The notes: generated by a model from the letters alone, not told the origin. 64,000 nt of DNA from Fibrobacteria bacterium (GCA_037447435.1 JBBIGR010000018.1:1-64000); one strand, 5' to 3'. Shown: positions 9,357-19,809, counted from the stretch's first letter. Translations and numbers: made by a program.

Positions 9357-10549
9357 CGGTCATTGTCCTGGTCCTTTGCTGCCAATTTTCCCTGTTTGCA
9401 AAAAATATCAAACAGGCTCCCAAAGAGGCGTCTTCAGAACTCGAACGGAACATAGAAGAAAAAAACGCGGTACTGGATTCCATAAAAATGGAATTGGAAA
9501 AAGGCCGTGAAAAACTTCAGCAGTTGCAAACGCAGGAAGGGACCGTCATAACCCAGCTTTCCCTTTTGGAAACCAATATTTCGACATCGGAATTGTACTT
9601 GAGGGAAATGTCGGTCAAGATCGATTCCACTGCGCGGACCATCGGCCTTTTATCGGCGCAGCTTTCTTTGGCCGAGCATGATTTACTCCTTCGTAAAGAA
9701 ATAATGAAGCGGCGGCTGCGTGCCTTGTATAAGTCGGGTGAATTGACTTTGCCCGATATTGTTTTAAGTTCGAATTCCATGTCCGACGTGTTGCACAAAG
9801 TACGATATTTTAATGAATTGAATCTGTACGACCGACGATTGATCGCTTCTATCGATTCGAGCAAACAATCCATCGAAACCAAGAAAACCGTTTTGGAAAA
9901 ACATCAACGTAAACTTGCCAATTTTAAACGCGACAAGGAAACGGAGTTCAACGCATTACTTGATGAACAGCAGAAGCATAAAAAAATACTCGGCGACGTG
10001 CGCGACCAAAAAAACGCTTATATGAAGATGGTTAGGGAATTGGAAACTGCCCAAAAAGAGCTGCAAAACATCGTGGCAATGCTCGAGAAAAATAAGCATA
10101 AAAAGGTTCCGGCAAAGACGGAAAAAAGCGTGAATGCAACCTTTGAAAAAGAGAAAGGGCATTTGCCCTGGCCCGTAAAAGGCAAAATCGTCATGGAGTT
10201 CGGCAGAGTCGTTCATTCGGTTTATAAGACCGTGACTATGAATACGGGCATTGACATTGCCTGCGCCAAAGGCGACAAGGCCAGATGCGTTGCCGCCGGA
10301 AAGGTTGCTTATATCGGTTGGATGCGCGGTCTCGGGAAACTGGTAATTATTGATCATGGCGGTTATTATTCGACATATGCGCGCCTGGAAGACGCGCTTG
10401 TTGCCAAGGACGACAATGTTGAAGCAGGTTCGGTTATTGGGCTTGTCGGAGAAATAAATTCGATGGAAGAGCCAAAGCTTCATTTTGAACTGAGAAAATC
10501 TACAGAGGCCATAGATCCGGTTGCCTGGCTGGAAGACGGAAAAAGGTGA
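9311..10549 (+). CDS. envC: Murein hydrolase activator EnvC (coiled coil plus degenerate M23/LytM domain); start uncertain
   Basis: Signal peptide from GTG 9311, long coiled coil, KGHLPWPVKG, NTGIDI, STYARL, LHFELR; directly follows ftsX. Confidence 0.85.
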   Translation: MHRKHECGAQIFGCLAVIVLVLCCQFSLFAKNIKQAPKEASSELERNIEEKNAVLDSIKMELEKGREKLQQLQTQEGTVITQLSLLETNISTSELYLREMSVKIDSTARTIGLLSAQLSLAEHDLLLRKEIMKRRLRALYKSGELTLPDIVLSSNSMSDVLHKVRYFNELNLYDRRLIASIDSSKQSIETKKTVLEKHQRKLANFKRDKETEFNALLDEQQKHKKILGDVRDQKNAYMKMVRELETAQKELQNIVAMLEKNKHKKVPAKTEKSVNATFEKEKGHLPWPVKGKIVMEFGRVVHSVYKTVTMNTGIDIACAKGDKARCVAAGKVAYIGWMRGLGKLVIIDHGGYYSTYARLEDALVAKDDNVEAGSVIGLVGEINSMEEPKLHFELRKSTEAIDPVAWLEDGKR

Positions 10550-10654
10550 AATAAAACGTCCCAGAATCACCTATGTTATCTATTATTTTATATTGGATAA
10601 GGCATATAAAATCCTCTTTAAAGTGCATTCCTGAAAACCGGGCTAAAACAATTC

Positions 10655-11794
10655 GTGAATAAAAAGTCTATTGTCTGGAAAAATCTTATTGCCGCCGATA
10701 GAGTAAAGGAAATGCTGTCACCGGCATTTGCCGGTGACACGCTTGGCCACGCGTATTTGTTTTGCGGCGAAGACGGAGTCGGGAAATTTGCCGCTGCATT
10801 GGATTTGGCCCTTGCCCTGTTATGTACTCACGAAGGCGCAGAGATACCTTGCTTGCAATGTAGTGCTTGCTTGAAAGTTTTGCGAAACAATCACCCGGAT
10901 TTTCACGTAATAGTTCCAGTATCCATGGAGAAAGAACACAAATCGTCGGACGGAAGCCTCAGTAAAACGGGGTGGGATTATTTATCGTCTACGATTGCTG
11001 GAAAAATTGAATCGCCCTATATGCCGCTTTCGTATTCGGGAGTGCCGACTATTCCGGTTGAATGGATTAAAGAAGTTACTCATGCGATTCAGCGCGGTGC
11101 AGTTTCGGGTTTACGCAACGTGACGATAATGAGCGGTATCGATATCATGAACAAGGAATCCGCAAATGCCATGCTTAAAACATTGGAGGAGCCTCCTCCG
11201 AATACGTTTGTTTTCTTGACAACGAATAGGCCGGAGGCGGTGTTGCCCACGATTGCATCACGGTGTCAAATTTTACGTTTCGGACATGTGCCTGCGAACG
11301 ATATAAAAATCGCTCTTGCCGGATCGATCGGGGACGGTATATCTGAAGCGAATGTGCGTCGGGCCGTTCAATATGCGGCAGGCTCCCTGGGGCGAGCACT
11401 TTTGCTTGCTGCGACGGATCTTGATGAAAGTATTTCACTTGTCAAACACTTTTGGGGCATGTGCCTTCAGGGCAATATGGGAGAGTTGGCAATACGCATT
11501 GATGATTTGGCAAAACATAATGATTATGAGGCACATAAAAGCTTTTTTACGTCGATGATGTATTTGATACGAAACAGTTTTTTGCAGAAGAGCGGATGTT
11601 CTGAAAACTATATTGATGCAAGTGATATTCTTGATGATCCCAGGGGAATTTTCGAAAATCCCCAAAATAGTGAAAAACTTTCGGCTGCCTGCGCATCGGC
11701 ATTGTCGGGCGTTGCGGCGTATGGGAACATCGCAATTATTCTTGTAAACTTTGTAATGACTATAACGGAGATTTGTAATGGGCAACAACAGTAA
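10655..11794 (+). CDS. holB: DNA polymerase III subunit delta'
   Basis: HAYLFCGEDGVGK, zinc motif C..C..C, HPD, ANAMLKTLEEPP, TIASRC. Confidence 0.9.
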   Translation: MNKKSIVWKNLIAADRVKEMLSPAFAGDTLGHAYLFCGEDGVGKFAAALDLALALLCTHEGAEIPCLQCSACLKVLRNNHPDFHVIVPVSMEKEHKSSDGSLSKTGWDYLSSTIAGKIESPYMPLSYSGVPTIPVEWIKEVTHAIQRGAVSGLRNVTIMSGIDIMNKESANAMLKTLEEPPPNTFVFLTTNRPEAVLPTIASRCQILRFGHVPANDIKIALAGSIGDGISEANVRRAVQYAAGSLGRALLLAATDLDESISLVKHFWGMCLQGNMGELAIRIDDLAKHNDYEAHKSFFTSMMYLIRNSFLQKSGCSENYIDASDILDDPRGIFENPQNSEKLSAACASALSGVAAYGNIAIILVNFVMTITEICNGQQQ

Positions 11795-12620
11795 ACTGGT
11801 CGAGGTCGTGTTTAAAGGCGAAAGAAGGGCGATTTATCGCAACCGCGCGGAGTTGTCCATCGACGAGGGCAACTGGGTCGTGGTGGAAGCCGACCGGGGC
11901 GAAGACCTCGGGCGCGTGTCTTTGGTCGGATCTCTCGTCAAGCTCAAACGAGGTAAAGGCGATGCCAAGGGTATTGTGCGCAAAGCCCAGGAAAAAGACA
12001 TGGACATGCACAAAGCGAATTTACAAAAAGAAGAAGATGCCTACAAGGTTTGCAGGGAAAAGATCAAGCATTACAATCTTGATATGAAGCTCGTTGAAGT
12101 AGAAATGCAATTTGACGGCAGTAAAATAACGTTTTATTTTACTGCCGCGCAACGCGTTGATTTCAGGGAACTTGTCAAAGATTTGGCGTCGGTATATCGA
12201 ACCCGCATCGAATTGCGGCAGATCGGCGTGCGCGATGAGGCGAAACGCGTGAGCGGTTTCGGGGTTTGCGGTCGAAAACAATGTTGCAGCGCATTTTTGA
12301 ATGAATTCGAGCAGATCACCACGCAGATGGCTAAAGACCAGCAGATTTCTCTGAACCCCTCAAAGATTTCAGGGAACTGCGGCAGGCTTTTATGTTGTTT
12401 GCGTTACGAGGAAGAAATGTATCAGACGACATTTAAAGAGTTTCCGCCGATTGAAAGTACGTTGATCATTAAAGGCAAAGACGGCAAGGATAAACAAGGT
12501 ATATTATCTTTCATCAATATATTCAAGAACGTCGGCCAGGTTCGCTTTACAGATGGAACAGACGAGTGGCTAAGTCCCGAAGAGTTGGCGAAAGGAACCG
12601 TGAAGCATGAGAAGCAATAA
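11778..12620 (+). CDS. ricT: RicT/YaaT (PSP1-domain) regulatory Fe-S protein
   Basis: RVDFRELVKDLA, RIELRQIGVRDEAK, CGR..CC, KISG.CGRL.CCL.YE; follows holB. Confidence 0.9.
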   Translation: MGNNSKLVEVVFKGERRAIYRNRAELSIDEGNWVVVEADRGEDLGRVSLVGSLVKLKRGKGDAKGIVRKAQEKDMDMHKANLQKEEDAYKVCREKIKHYNLDMKLVEVEMQFDGSKITFYFTAAQRVDFRELVKDLASVYRTRIELRQIGVRDEAKRVSGFGVCGRKQCCSAFLNEFEQITTQMAKDQQISLNPSKISGNCGRLLCCLRYEEEMYQTTFKEFPPIESTLIIKGKDGKDKQGILSFINIFKNVGQVRFTDGTDEWLSPEELAKGTVKHEKQ

Positions 12621-14655
12621 CGTGGCTGGAGCAAAACAGGAGACTTTCCTCGTTTCGCAGGCGTTACCCTATGCAAATGGAGACATACATCTGGGCCACC
12701 TGGTTGAGGCTGTTCAAACGGATGTCTATGTTCGGTTCCAACGGCTTTGCAAAAACAAGGTGGTATACGTTTGCGCAGATGATACGCACGGCACCGCCAT
12801 TCAAATAAATGCGATGAAACGGGGAATCAGCCCGCAACAAATGGTATCGGAGATTTGGAAACGCCATGTTGACGATTATAAAGGATTCAATATCGGTTTC
12901 GATATTTATTATACGACCGATTCGCCCGAAAATAAATACTATGCCGAACGTATTTATAAATGCTTGAAAGAAAAGGGCCTGATTGAGGAAAAGGAAATTT
13001 TTCAGTATTTTTGCGAACACGACGGCCGCTTTTTACCCGATCGCTTCATTAAAGGAACATGTCCCAAATGCGGAACGCAGGACCAATATGGAGACGTATG
13101 CGAGGCGTGCGGATCAACGTATGATCCGACCGATCTTAAGAGCCCGGCATGCATTACCTGCGGTAATGCCCCGGTTTTGCGTCCATCCACCCATTTATAT
13201 GTGCAACTTGCTAAATGCGAGCAGTTCCTGCGTGATTACGTCCTTTCAACCGATGTCCTGGTTGAGGAAATCAGGAATTTTGTAAAGACGTGGATAGAAA
13301 ACGGGCTTAAGGAGTGGTGTATTTCCCGGGATAGCCCGTATTTTGGTTTCGAAATTCCCGACATGCCGGGCAAATATTTCTACGTTTGGCTTGATGCGCC
13401 GATCGGATATCTCTCGTCAACAAAAAAATGGTGCGACGATAACGGCGAGAATGTCGACACATACTGGTCGGCGGATTCTTCGACTAAGCTTGTTCATTTT
13501 ATCGGCAAAGATATCGTGTATTTTCATGCGCTCTTTTGGCCTGTCATGCTTAAAAGCGCTAATTTTAAGTTGCCTTGGAAAATTTTCGTACACGGCTATT
13601 TGTCGGTTGGCGGAGAGAAAATGTCGAAGAGCAGGGGAACCTTCATCTTAGCGCGTGACTTTTTAGACAAGGTGAATCATCCGCAAGCCGCGGAGTACCT
13701 CCGGTTTTATTTCAGCGCGAAATTATCGGGCAATGCATTGGACCTTGATCTCAATGCAGAAGAATTCGTCACCAGGGTCAATACCACATTGGCAAACAAT
13801 ATCGGCAATTTTCATCATCGCACCGTAGTATTTTGCGAACGGTATTTCGAGAATAAAATTCCCGATGCTCCGTGGGACGAGGCGATCGCACAGGCGGTTG
13901 TCGAAGAAGAAGAAGTCATTTTCGATGCTTACGGAAGGACCGATTATAAAACCGTTATCGAGAGAATCCAGGCGCTCGGCACATTGGGAAATAAATATTA
14001 TCAGGACAATAAACCGTGGGAACTTTACAAAACAGATAGAGCCGCTGCCGCCGCAATCATGGTAACGTGCTTGAACCTGATACGGTCGATCATGGTTTTT
14101 GTCAAACCGATTCTGCCGAATATCGCTTTAAAGGCGGAAACATTGTTCGGCGCACCATTTTCCTGGGACGATTTCGGGTTTTCTTTACGAAACGGGAATC
14201 TCGGACCTGTCGAAAAGCTGGTCCAACAACTCGAAATGGAACAAGTGTTTTTTTTGATTGGGAACACCGGCAATGCACCGCTTGAAACCGTTGCGGCTCC
14301 CGTGTTACCCCAAAAACAATCTGGAGAAGAAGGTGTCGACATATCGGTTTTCAAGTCATTGGATTTGCGGGTTGGTACGATTAAACAGGCCGAGCGAATC
14401 GAAAAATCGCAAAAACTTGTCAAGGTACAAGTCGATTGCGGAGAAGATAAGCTCCGCCAGGTTATTGCCGGTATCGCGCAGTCTTATACAGCAGAATCGC
14501 TCATTGGAAAACAGGTGGTGGTCATTGCGAATTTGAAAAGCGCCACAGTCATGGGAAACCGTTCCGATGGTATGCTTTTGGCAGCCAAAGACGGAGAAAA
14601 ACTCATTCTCGTCAAGCCTGAAGATGCAGTTCAACCCGGAGCAAAAGTAGCCTAG
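12607..14655 (+). CDS. metG: Methionine--tRNA ligase with C-terminal tRNA-binding domain
   Basis: ALPYANGDIHLGH (HIGH), zinc knuckles, YVWLDAPIGY, KMSKS, C-terminal DLRVG...S.GMLLA. Confidence 0.97.
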   Translation: MRSNNVAGAKQETFLVSQALPYANGDIHLGHLVEAVQTDVYVRFQRLCKNKVVYVCADDTHGTAIQINAMKRGISPQQMVSEIWKRHVDDYKGFNIGFDIYYTTDSPENKYYAERIYKCLKEKGLIEEKEIFQYFCEHDGRFLPDRFIKGTCPKCGTQDQYGDVCEACGSTYDPTDLKSPACITCGNAPVLRPSTHLYVQLAKCEQFLRDYVLSTDVLVEEIRNFVKTWIENGLKEWCISRDSPYFGFEIPDMPGKYFYVWLDAPIGYLSSTKKWCDDNGENVDTYWSADSSTKLVHFIGKDIVYFHALFWPVMLKSANFKLPWKIFVHGYLSVGGEKMSKSRGTFILARDFLDKVNHPQAAEYLRFYFSAKLSGNALDLDLNAEEFVTRVNTTLANNIGNFHHRTVVFCERYFENKIPDAPWDEAIAQAVVEEEEVIFDAYGRTDYKTVIERIQALGTLGNKYYQDNKPWELYKTDRAAAAAIMVTCLNLIRSIMVFVKPILPNIALKAETLFGAPFSWDDFGFSLRNGNLGPVEKLVQQLEMEQVFFLIGNTGNAPLETVAAPVLPQKQSGEEGVDISVFKSLDLRVGTIKQAERIEKSQKLVKVQVDCGEDKLRQVIAGIAQSYTAESLIGKQVVVIANLKSATVMGNRSDGMLLAAKDGEKLILVKPEDAVQPGAKVA

Positions 14656-14668
14656 AACAGGTAAAGCA

Positions 14669-16393
14669 ATGCAGGGAACTATGCGTCAGGCAAAGGAAAC
14701 CATTGTCGTTCGAGACCTCAACGAGACCGCGGCTCAAGACCTGGCCGCAGCGCTTGGCGTCTCTTTGGTTGTCGCGCGTATTCTCGTTGCCCGAGGGCTC
14801 AATACTTTTGACGAATGCAAACAGTTTTTCCGTCCCGACATTTCGCAATTTTCCGATCCTTTTTTATTTGCCGACATGGGCAAGGCTTGCGAAAGAATCT
14901 TTTGCGCCATCCGGGACAAAGAAAACATCGTCGTGTACGGTGACTATGATGTCGACGGCGTCACTTCCACGGCCCTTGTTATTCGGCTATTGCGTCATTT
15001 TGGCGCAAAATGCGATTTTTATCTTCCCAACAGATTGACAGAAGGATACGGGCTTTCGGCCGACGGCATTTCGGCAATTGCCCAAAAAGGGGCTACGCTC
15101 GTAATTACGGTCGATTGCGGCATAACCGCAAATGACGAAATCGCGTTGGCATATGATCAAGGTATGGACGTTATCGTTACCGATCATCATGAACCCAAGG
15201 ATCCTCTACCGAACGCATATGCGATTTTAAATCCCAAAGTTAAAAATTCGGGATATCCTGATAATTCGCTTGCCGGTGTCGGCGTCGCATTGAAACTAGC
15301 CCAGGGTCTTGTAAAACGTATGGGCGGAGACGATGTGTTATGGTCTATGTTTTTGGACCTCGCGGCTTTGGGAACTGCCGCAGATATTGTTCCAATGCGC
15401 GGTGAAAACAGAGTAATCGTAAGTCTCGGATTTGCCATGCTGCAAAATACTCGAAACACCGGACTTATGGCATTGCTCGCAGCACAAGGATGCCTGGGCA
15501 AAAACCTGTCGACCAGTGACGTTGTGTTTAAAATTGCTCCGTGCATAAATGCAACGGGTCGTCTCGGCGATTCCAGGCGAGGCGTCGAATTGTTGCTTAC
15601 CGATACTGTTCAAGTTGCAGAGCGGATAGCAAACGAATTAAAAGGCGCAAATATCGAACGTCGCGCACTTGACGCTGCAATTCAGCAAGAGGCTTTTGCC
15701 TGGGTGGAAACACATTGCGATCAGGCTAATGATTATGCGATAATCGCCGGAAATACGAATTGGCATTGCGGTGTCGTCGGCATTGTCGCCTCAAAAGTTG
15801 TTGAGAAATACCATAGACCCTCGATTTTGTTTTCTATTGGTGAAAACGGTATCGCCCGCGGATCCGGAAGAAGCATTCCCGGTTTTCATTTGCACGAAGC
15901 GCTTACTGAATGTCAAGATTTGCTTGAGGGTTTCGGCGGGCATGCGGCAGCGGCCGGAATGAGTATTAAACAGGAAAACATCGAAGCGTTCAGGACACGC
16001 TTTAACGAGATTGCTCGAAAGAGGCTTGCGCCCGACGATTTAATACCTAAAATCACCGCCGACGTTGAAGTGCAGATGGCCGACATCACACCTAAATTGT
16101 ATTCCATCATAAAGCAAATGGAGCCGTTTGGACCGGGTAATTCGCGTCCGGTTATGGTTTGCCGGGACTTGCAAAACAAATTTAGCCCGAAAATAGTCGG
16201 CAAAAACCATCTCAAACTTGCAGTCCAACAATCGGGAAATCCGTTGTTTATGGACGCGGTAGCGTTTAATTTCGGAAATCGCATTAAGGAATTTGTCAAT
16301 GTACAAGGATATACGCTTGCGTTTACCCTAGACGAAAACGAATGGAACGGAAAAAAGAGCCTTCAGCTTAAGATACGGGGAGTAGAAGCATGA
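14669..16393 (+). CDS. recJ: Single-stranded-DNA exonuclease RecJ
   Basis: GDYDVDG, TVDCG, TDHH, GTAAD, GSGRS, GGH..AAG, EPFGPGN. Confidence 0.96.
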   Translation: MQGTMRQAKETIVVRDLNETAAQDLAAALGVSLVVARILVARGLNTFDECKQFFRPDISQFSDPFLFADMGKACERIFCAIRDKENIVVYGDYDVDGVTSTALVIRLLRHFGAKCDFYLPNRLTEGYGLSADGISAIAQKGATLVITVDCGITANDEIALAYDQGMDVIVTDHHEPKDPLPNAYAILNPKVKNSGYPDNSLAGVGVALKLAQGLVKRMGGDDVLWSMFLDLAALGTAADIVPMRGENRVIVSLGFAMLQNTRNTGLMALLAAQGCLGKNLSTSDVVFKIAPCINATGRLGDSRRGVELLLTDTVQVAERIANELKGANIERRALDAAIQQEAFAWVETHCDQANDYAIIAGNTNWHCGVVGIVASKVVEKYHRPSILFSIGENGIARGSGRSIPGFHLHEALTECQDLLEGFGGHAAAAGMSIKQENIEAFRTRFNEIARKRLAPDDLIPKITADVEVQMADITPKLYSIIKQMEPFGPGNSRPVMVCRDLQNKFSPKIVGKNHLKLAVQQSGNPLFMDAVAFNFGNRIKEFVNVQGYTLAFTLDENEWNGKKSLQLKIRGVEA

Positions 16394-17760
16394 AAATGTG
16401 GGACGGTCGTTTTTCAAAACCCTCGGCAAAACTTATGGAGCAATTCAACAATTCGCTTCCTGTGGACAAAGCGCTTATAGAAGAAGATGTTTCGGGAAGC
16501 ATGGCCTGGGCAGCGGCGTTGAAAAAAGCAAAAGTGCTGTCCGGAAAAGAATATACTGCAATTGTAAAGGGATTAAAGAAAATCCAAGCGGACTTTGCAA
16601 AGGGAACGATTCGGTTTCTTTCGTCGGACGAAGATATTCACATGGCCGTTGAACGGCTGCTTGTTGAAAAAATCGGCAAAGCAGGTGAAAAACTTCACAC
16701 CGGTCGCTCGCGAAACGATCAGGTCGTTACCGATACCCGTCTATATACGATGCGTCGAATGGCAGTAATCAGAACAAAAATTCTTTGCATACAAAAGGCA
16801 TTATTGGCGAGAGCCCAAAACGATATAAAGGTTATTTCGCCTGCATTTACACATTTACAACAGGCGCAACCGATATTGCTTTCGCATTTTTGGCTTTCTC
16901 TATTATTTGCGTTGGAACGGGAAAAAAAACGGTTTTCAAATGCAACGGATACTGCGGATATTATGCCGCTGGGCAGCGGCGCTATTGCAGGTACCGGGTT
17001 TGCCATAGATAGAAATTATCTTGCGGAAGAGCTCGGATTTAGCGAAGTATCTGAAAATAGTATAGACGGCGTTTCGTCGCGCGATTTTATTCTCGAGGCA
17101 CTTTCCGCCTGTTGCTCTACGGGAATTTTGCTGTCACGATATGCCGAAGACCTTATAATTTGGTCATCGAAAGAATTTGGTTTTATCGAGCTTGATGATG
17201 CCTGGTCTACCGGATCAAGCATGATGCCGCAAAAAAAGAATCCTGATTCACTTGAACTTATTCGCGGCAAAACCGGACGGTTTATTGGAAATTATACGCG
17301 TTTTGCAACAACGCTTAAAGGCGTTGGGCTGGCATATTATAAAGATTTACAGGAAGATAAAGAGCCCCTTATCGACAGTTTTGACCAGCTGGAACTAGTT
17401 TGTGAAGTTTTTGCCAATGTAATTGCAACGCTTAGCGTAAAAGCGGAGAACATTTCAAGAGACCTTGACCCGCTTTTATTAGCGACCGATGTTGCGGATT
17501 ATCTTGTTGAAAAAGGAATGCCTTTTCGAGCAGCGCACAAAGTTGTTGGGAAAATTGTAGGGCATTGTGTTGAAAAAAAGTTGGATTTATCTGAGCTTTC
17601 GGTGCCAGATCTTAAGGCATTTTCAGATTTGTTTGAAAAGGATGTTTTGAAAGTTTTCAAATGGGAAAGCGCGATTGCTCATAGAAATGTTCAAGGCGGT
17701 ACCGGATTAAATAGTGTGAAGAATCAAATTGAAAAAACGAAAATATTGATAAAAGAATAG
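16390..17760 (+). CDS. argH: Argininosuccinate lyase
   Basis: MWDGRF, HTGRSRNDQ, THLQQAQP, STGSSMMPQKKNPD. Confidence 0.97.
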   Translation: MKMWDGRFSKPSAKLMEQFNNSLPVDKALIEEDVSGSMAWAAALKKAKVLSGKEYTAIVKGLKKIQADFAKGTIRFLSSDEDIHMAVERLLVEKIGKAGEKLHTGRSRNDQVVTDTRLYTMRRMAVIRTKILCIQKALLARAQNDIKVISPAFTHLQQAQPILLSHFWLSLLFALEREKKRFSNATDTADIMPLGSGAIAGTGFAIDRNYLAEELGFSEVSENSIDGVSSRDFILEALSACCSTGILLSRYAEDLIIWSSKEFGFIELDDAWSTGSSMMPQKKNPDSLELIRGKTGRFIGNYTRFATTLKGVGLAYYKDLQEDKEPLIDSFDQLELVCEVFANVIATLSVKAENISRDLDPLLLATDVADYLVEKGMPFRAAHKVVGKIVGHCVEKKLDLSELSVPDLKAFSDLFEKDVLKVFKWESAIAHRNVQGGTGLNSVKNQIEKTKILIKE

Positions 17761-17794
17761 TATGTGAAGGCAAAAAAATATTTTAAATATTCGT

Positions 17795-17842
17795 TGCCTG
17801 CTCATGGAAAAAGCCAGTCTTATATGTTTCCAGGAGCAGGCA
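17795..17842. terminator. Long inverted repeat between convergent genes (probable bidirectional terminator/hairpin)
   Basis: TGCCTGCTCATGGAAA (17795-17810) / TTTCCAGGAGCAGGCA (17827-17842): 15 of 16 bp complementary, 16-nt loop. Confidence 0.55.
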
Positions 17843-17864
17843 TAAAAGTATAGAAACTCGAACT

Positions 17865-19664
17865 TTATTTTTTTATTCCAGCCTTTAAGTCTTCAACTTC
17901 TTTTTTTAACGAAACTATCATTTCTTTTTGGGTTTCAATTTGTTTCTGTTGTTCCTTCATTGCCTCTATAAGTACTGCCGTGAGTTTATCGTAAGAAAGC
18001 GATTTATAACCCTCTTTGTCGGTATTCACTACCTCGGGTACAATTTTTTCCACATCTTGAGCAATAAGACCTATTTGTTTGCTATCAGAGAAGTTTTTTT
18101 GCGGCCATCTTTTCCTGTCCCAATTGTAATAAACGCCCTGAAGTTTTGACACTTTTGCAAGGGACGAATCGATGGGGGTTATGTCGGTTTTGTAACGGCG
18201 GTCGGAAGTTACGGCTACATTCGTACCGCGAATATTTCCTGTTACATCAAGCGGATAGCCAGGAGCATTATTCCCAATACCTACGTTGCCGCCGCCATTA
18301 AAATATGTGTCACCACCTCGATTATTATTTGCACAGATGCTAACTCTTTTAATATCGTTGTCATATAACGCGAAAAAACCGTCATTTTCACTTGAACCTG
18401 TTGCACCAAGCCATGCGATTTTTTGATATGCTGCAGCACCAGCTTGTTTGGTATAAATGTCAAACGTCGAAGTATTTACACCGTCATTACCATAAATTGA
18501 TAATTTTGAACTTGGTGTAACAGTCCCTATTCCAACATTGCCATTACCGGTTATTCTTGCCCATTCCTGATTGTTCGTATTTTGAAAGCAAAGACTACCT
18601 TGTCCCCGGTTACAAAGGACAAGATTTGAATCGGGGATTCTAGGATATAATCGCCTTCCTATTGCAACATCACCATTAACATCCAATAATTCAACAGGAT
18701 TATTAGTTCCAATTCCAAAAGAACCACCAGGAGAGATGCGTGCCTTTTCAATGCCATTAATTCCAAGGGCAAGACTATAAAGACCGCCATTGGTGCTAAT
18801 CATTCCATAGGGGTTTGTTGAGTTGGATGCGGAAAAATAGATGCCTCTACCGGCATCAGCGGATAAACCAAAATTTGCAAGATTGGATCCTGTTGCTCCT
18901 TCAACATCAATTTTTCCGTTTGCCGTCAGTGTTGCTACATTTAAATTGGAATTTCTATTTACATCTGTTCCTGTTATCGAACTATCTGCAATCTTTGCAC
19001 TTGTAATGCTACCGTCTGCAATCGTGATATTTATTGCAGCAACTTTCGTATCAACATAGGATTTTGTAGCCCTTGTCGAAAGCGTGTCGGTCAATCCGGT
19101 GACATTGGAAATTGCATGGCTGTGATCGCTTCTTGCCACAGTTACAGCAGTTCCGTTGCCACCATACGAAACCTTAAGCTTCACAGTTCCAGTCGTTCCG
19201 CCTCCTGCAAGGCCTGAATCCGGTGTTACGCCTGTAATTGTCCCACCGCCTGCAGCTCCGATTTTAGTGAGTACCCAGGAAGAGTCTTTGGTTTTGGCCA
19301 TTTGCATTTGCAATGAAGCCACATCGTTTGAATTTGCCTTTACTTTTAAGGAGTCCGTCAGTCCTATAACAGAGCCAACACTAGGAGCGGCCGGAGAAGG
19401 CAGATTAACAAGCAAGCTGCCGTCGCCGGAAAACTTGGTTGCCGAAACAGTTCCGCTTATATCAACCCCACCGGTTTTTGTTTTGACTATTTCGCCGTCT
19501 TGCGGGGTAAAAATGAACATATGGCCGTTGGCTTGGTCGCCGGTCCAACCGACTTTGCCCGTTTTTGCGGTGCCGGTCGTATCGTAAAACTGCACTGCCG
19601 ATTTTGATTGAGCGAAAAGAAATGTAAAGAAAAATCCCAATAAAAAAACCACTTTGAAGAACAT
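17865..19664 (-). CDS. Secreted tail-fibre-like protein with C-terminal Peptidase_S74 intramolecular chaperone
   Basis: GGAGG RBS; Sec signal peptide (MFFKVVFLLGFFFTFLFA); three G(N/S)(V/F)GIG..P repeats; TSDRRYK...IGLIAQDVE...SLSY..L..VLIEA.KEQQ plus terminal coiled coil. Confidence 0.8.
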   Translation of the reverse strand: MFFKVVFLLGFFFTFLFAQSKSAVQFYDTTGTAKTGKVGWTGDQANGHMFIFTPQDGEIVKTKTGGVDISGTVSATKFSGDGSLLVNLPSPAAPSVGSVIGLTDSLKVKANSNDVASLQMQMAKTKDSSWVLTKIGAAGGGTITGVTPDSGLAGGGTTGTVKLKVSYGGNGTAVTVARSDHSHAISNVTGLTDTLSTRATKSYVDTKVAAINITIADGSITSAKIADSSITGTDVNRNSNLNVATLTANGKIDVEGATGSNLANFGLSADAGRGIYFSASNSTNPYGMISTNGGLYSLALGINGIEKARISPGGSFGIGTNNPVELLDVNGDVAIGRRLYPRIPDSNLVLCNRGQGSLCFQNTNNQEWARITGNGNVGIGTVTPSSKLSIYGNDGVNTSTFDIYTKQAGAAAYQKIAWLGATGSSENDGFFALYDNDIKRVSICANNNRGGDTYFNGGGNVGIGNNAPGYPLDVTGNIRGTNVAVTSDRRYKTDITPIDSSLAKVSKLQGVYYNWDRKRWPQKNFSDSKQIGLIAQDVEKIVPEVVNTDKEGYKSLSYDKLTAVLIEAMKEQQKQIETQKEMIVSLKKEVEDLKAGIKK

Positions 19665-19809
19665 AAGACCTCCGGTTACATGATGTATTTGCGAATGGGT
19701 AAAATACTAATTACCGATACTATTTCCAAATAGCTTTCCAAAGGAAAAAATATATGTTAAAACGGAAGTCAAGAGGTATATTGATTGGCAAGGAGAAGAA
19801 GGCATGGAA

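Noticed and set aside
17865..19664. Prophage remnant
   Set aside because: No other phage gene, integrase or att repeat flanks it, and it has a Sec signal peptide and its own RBS
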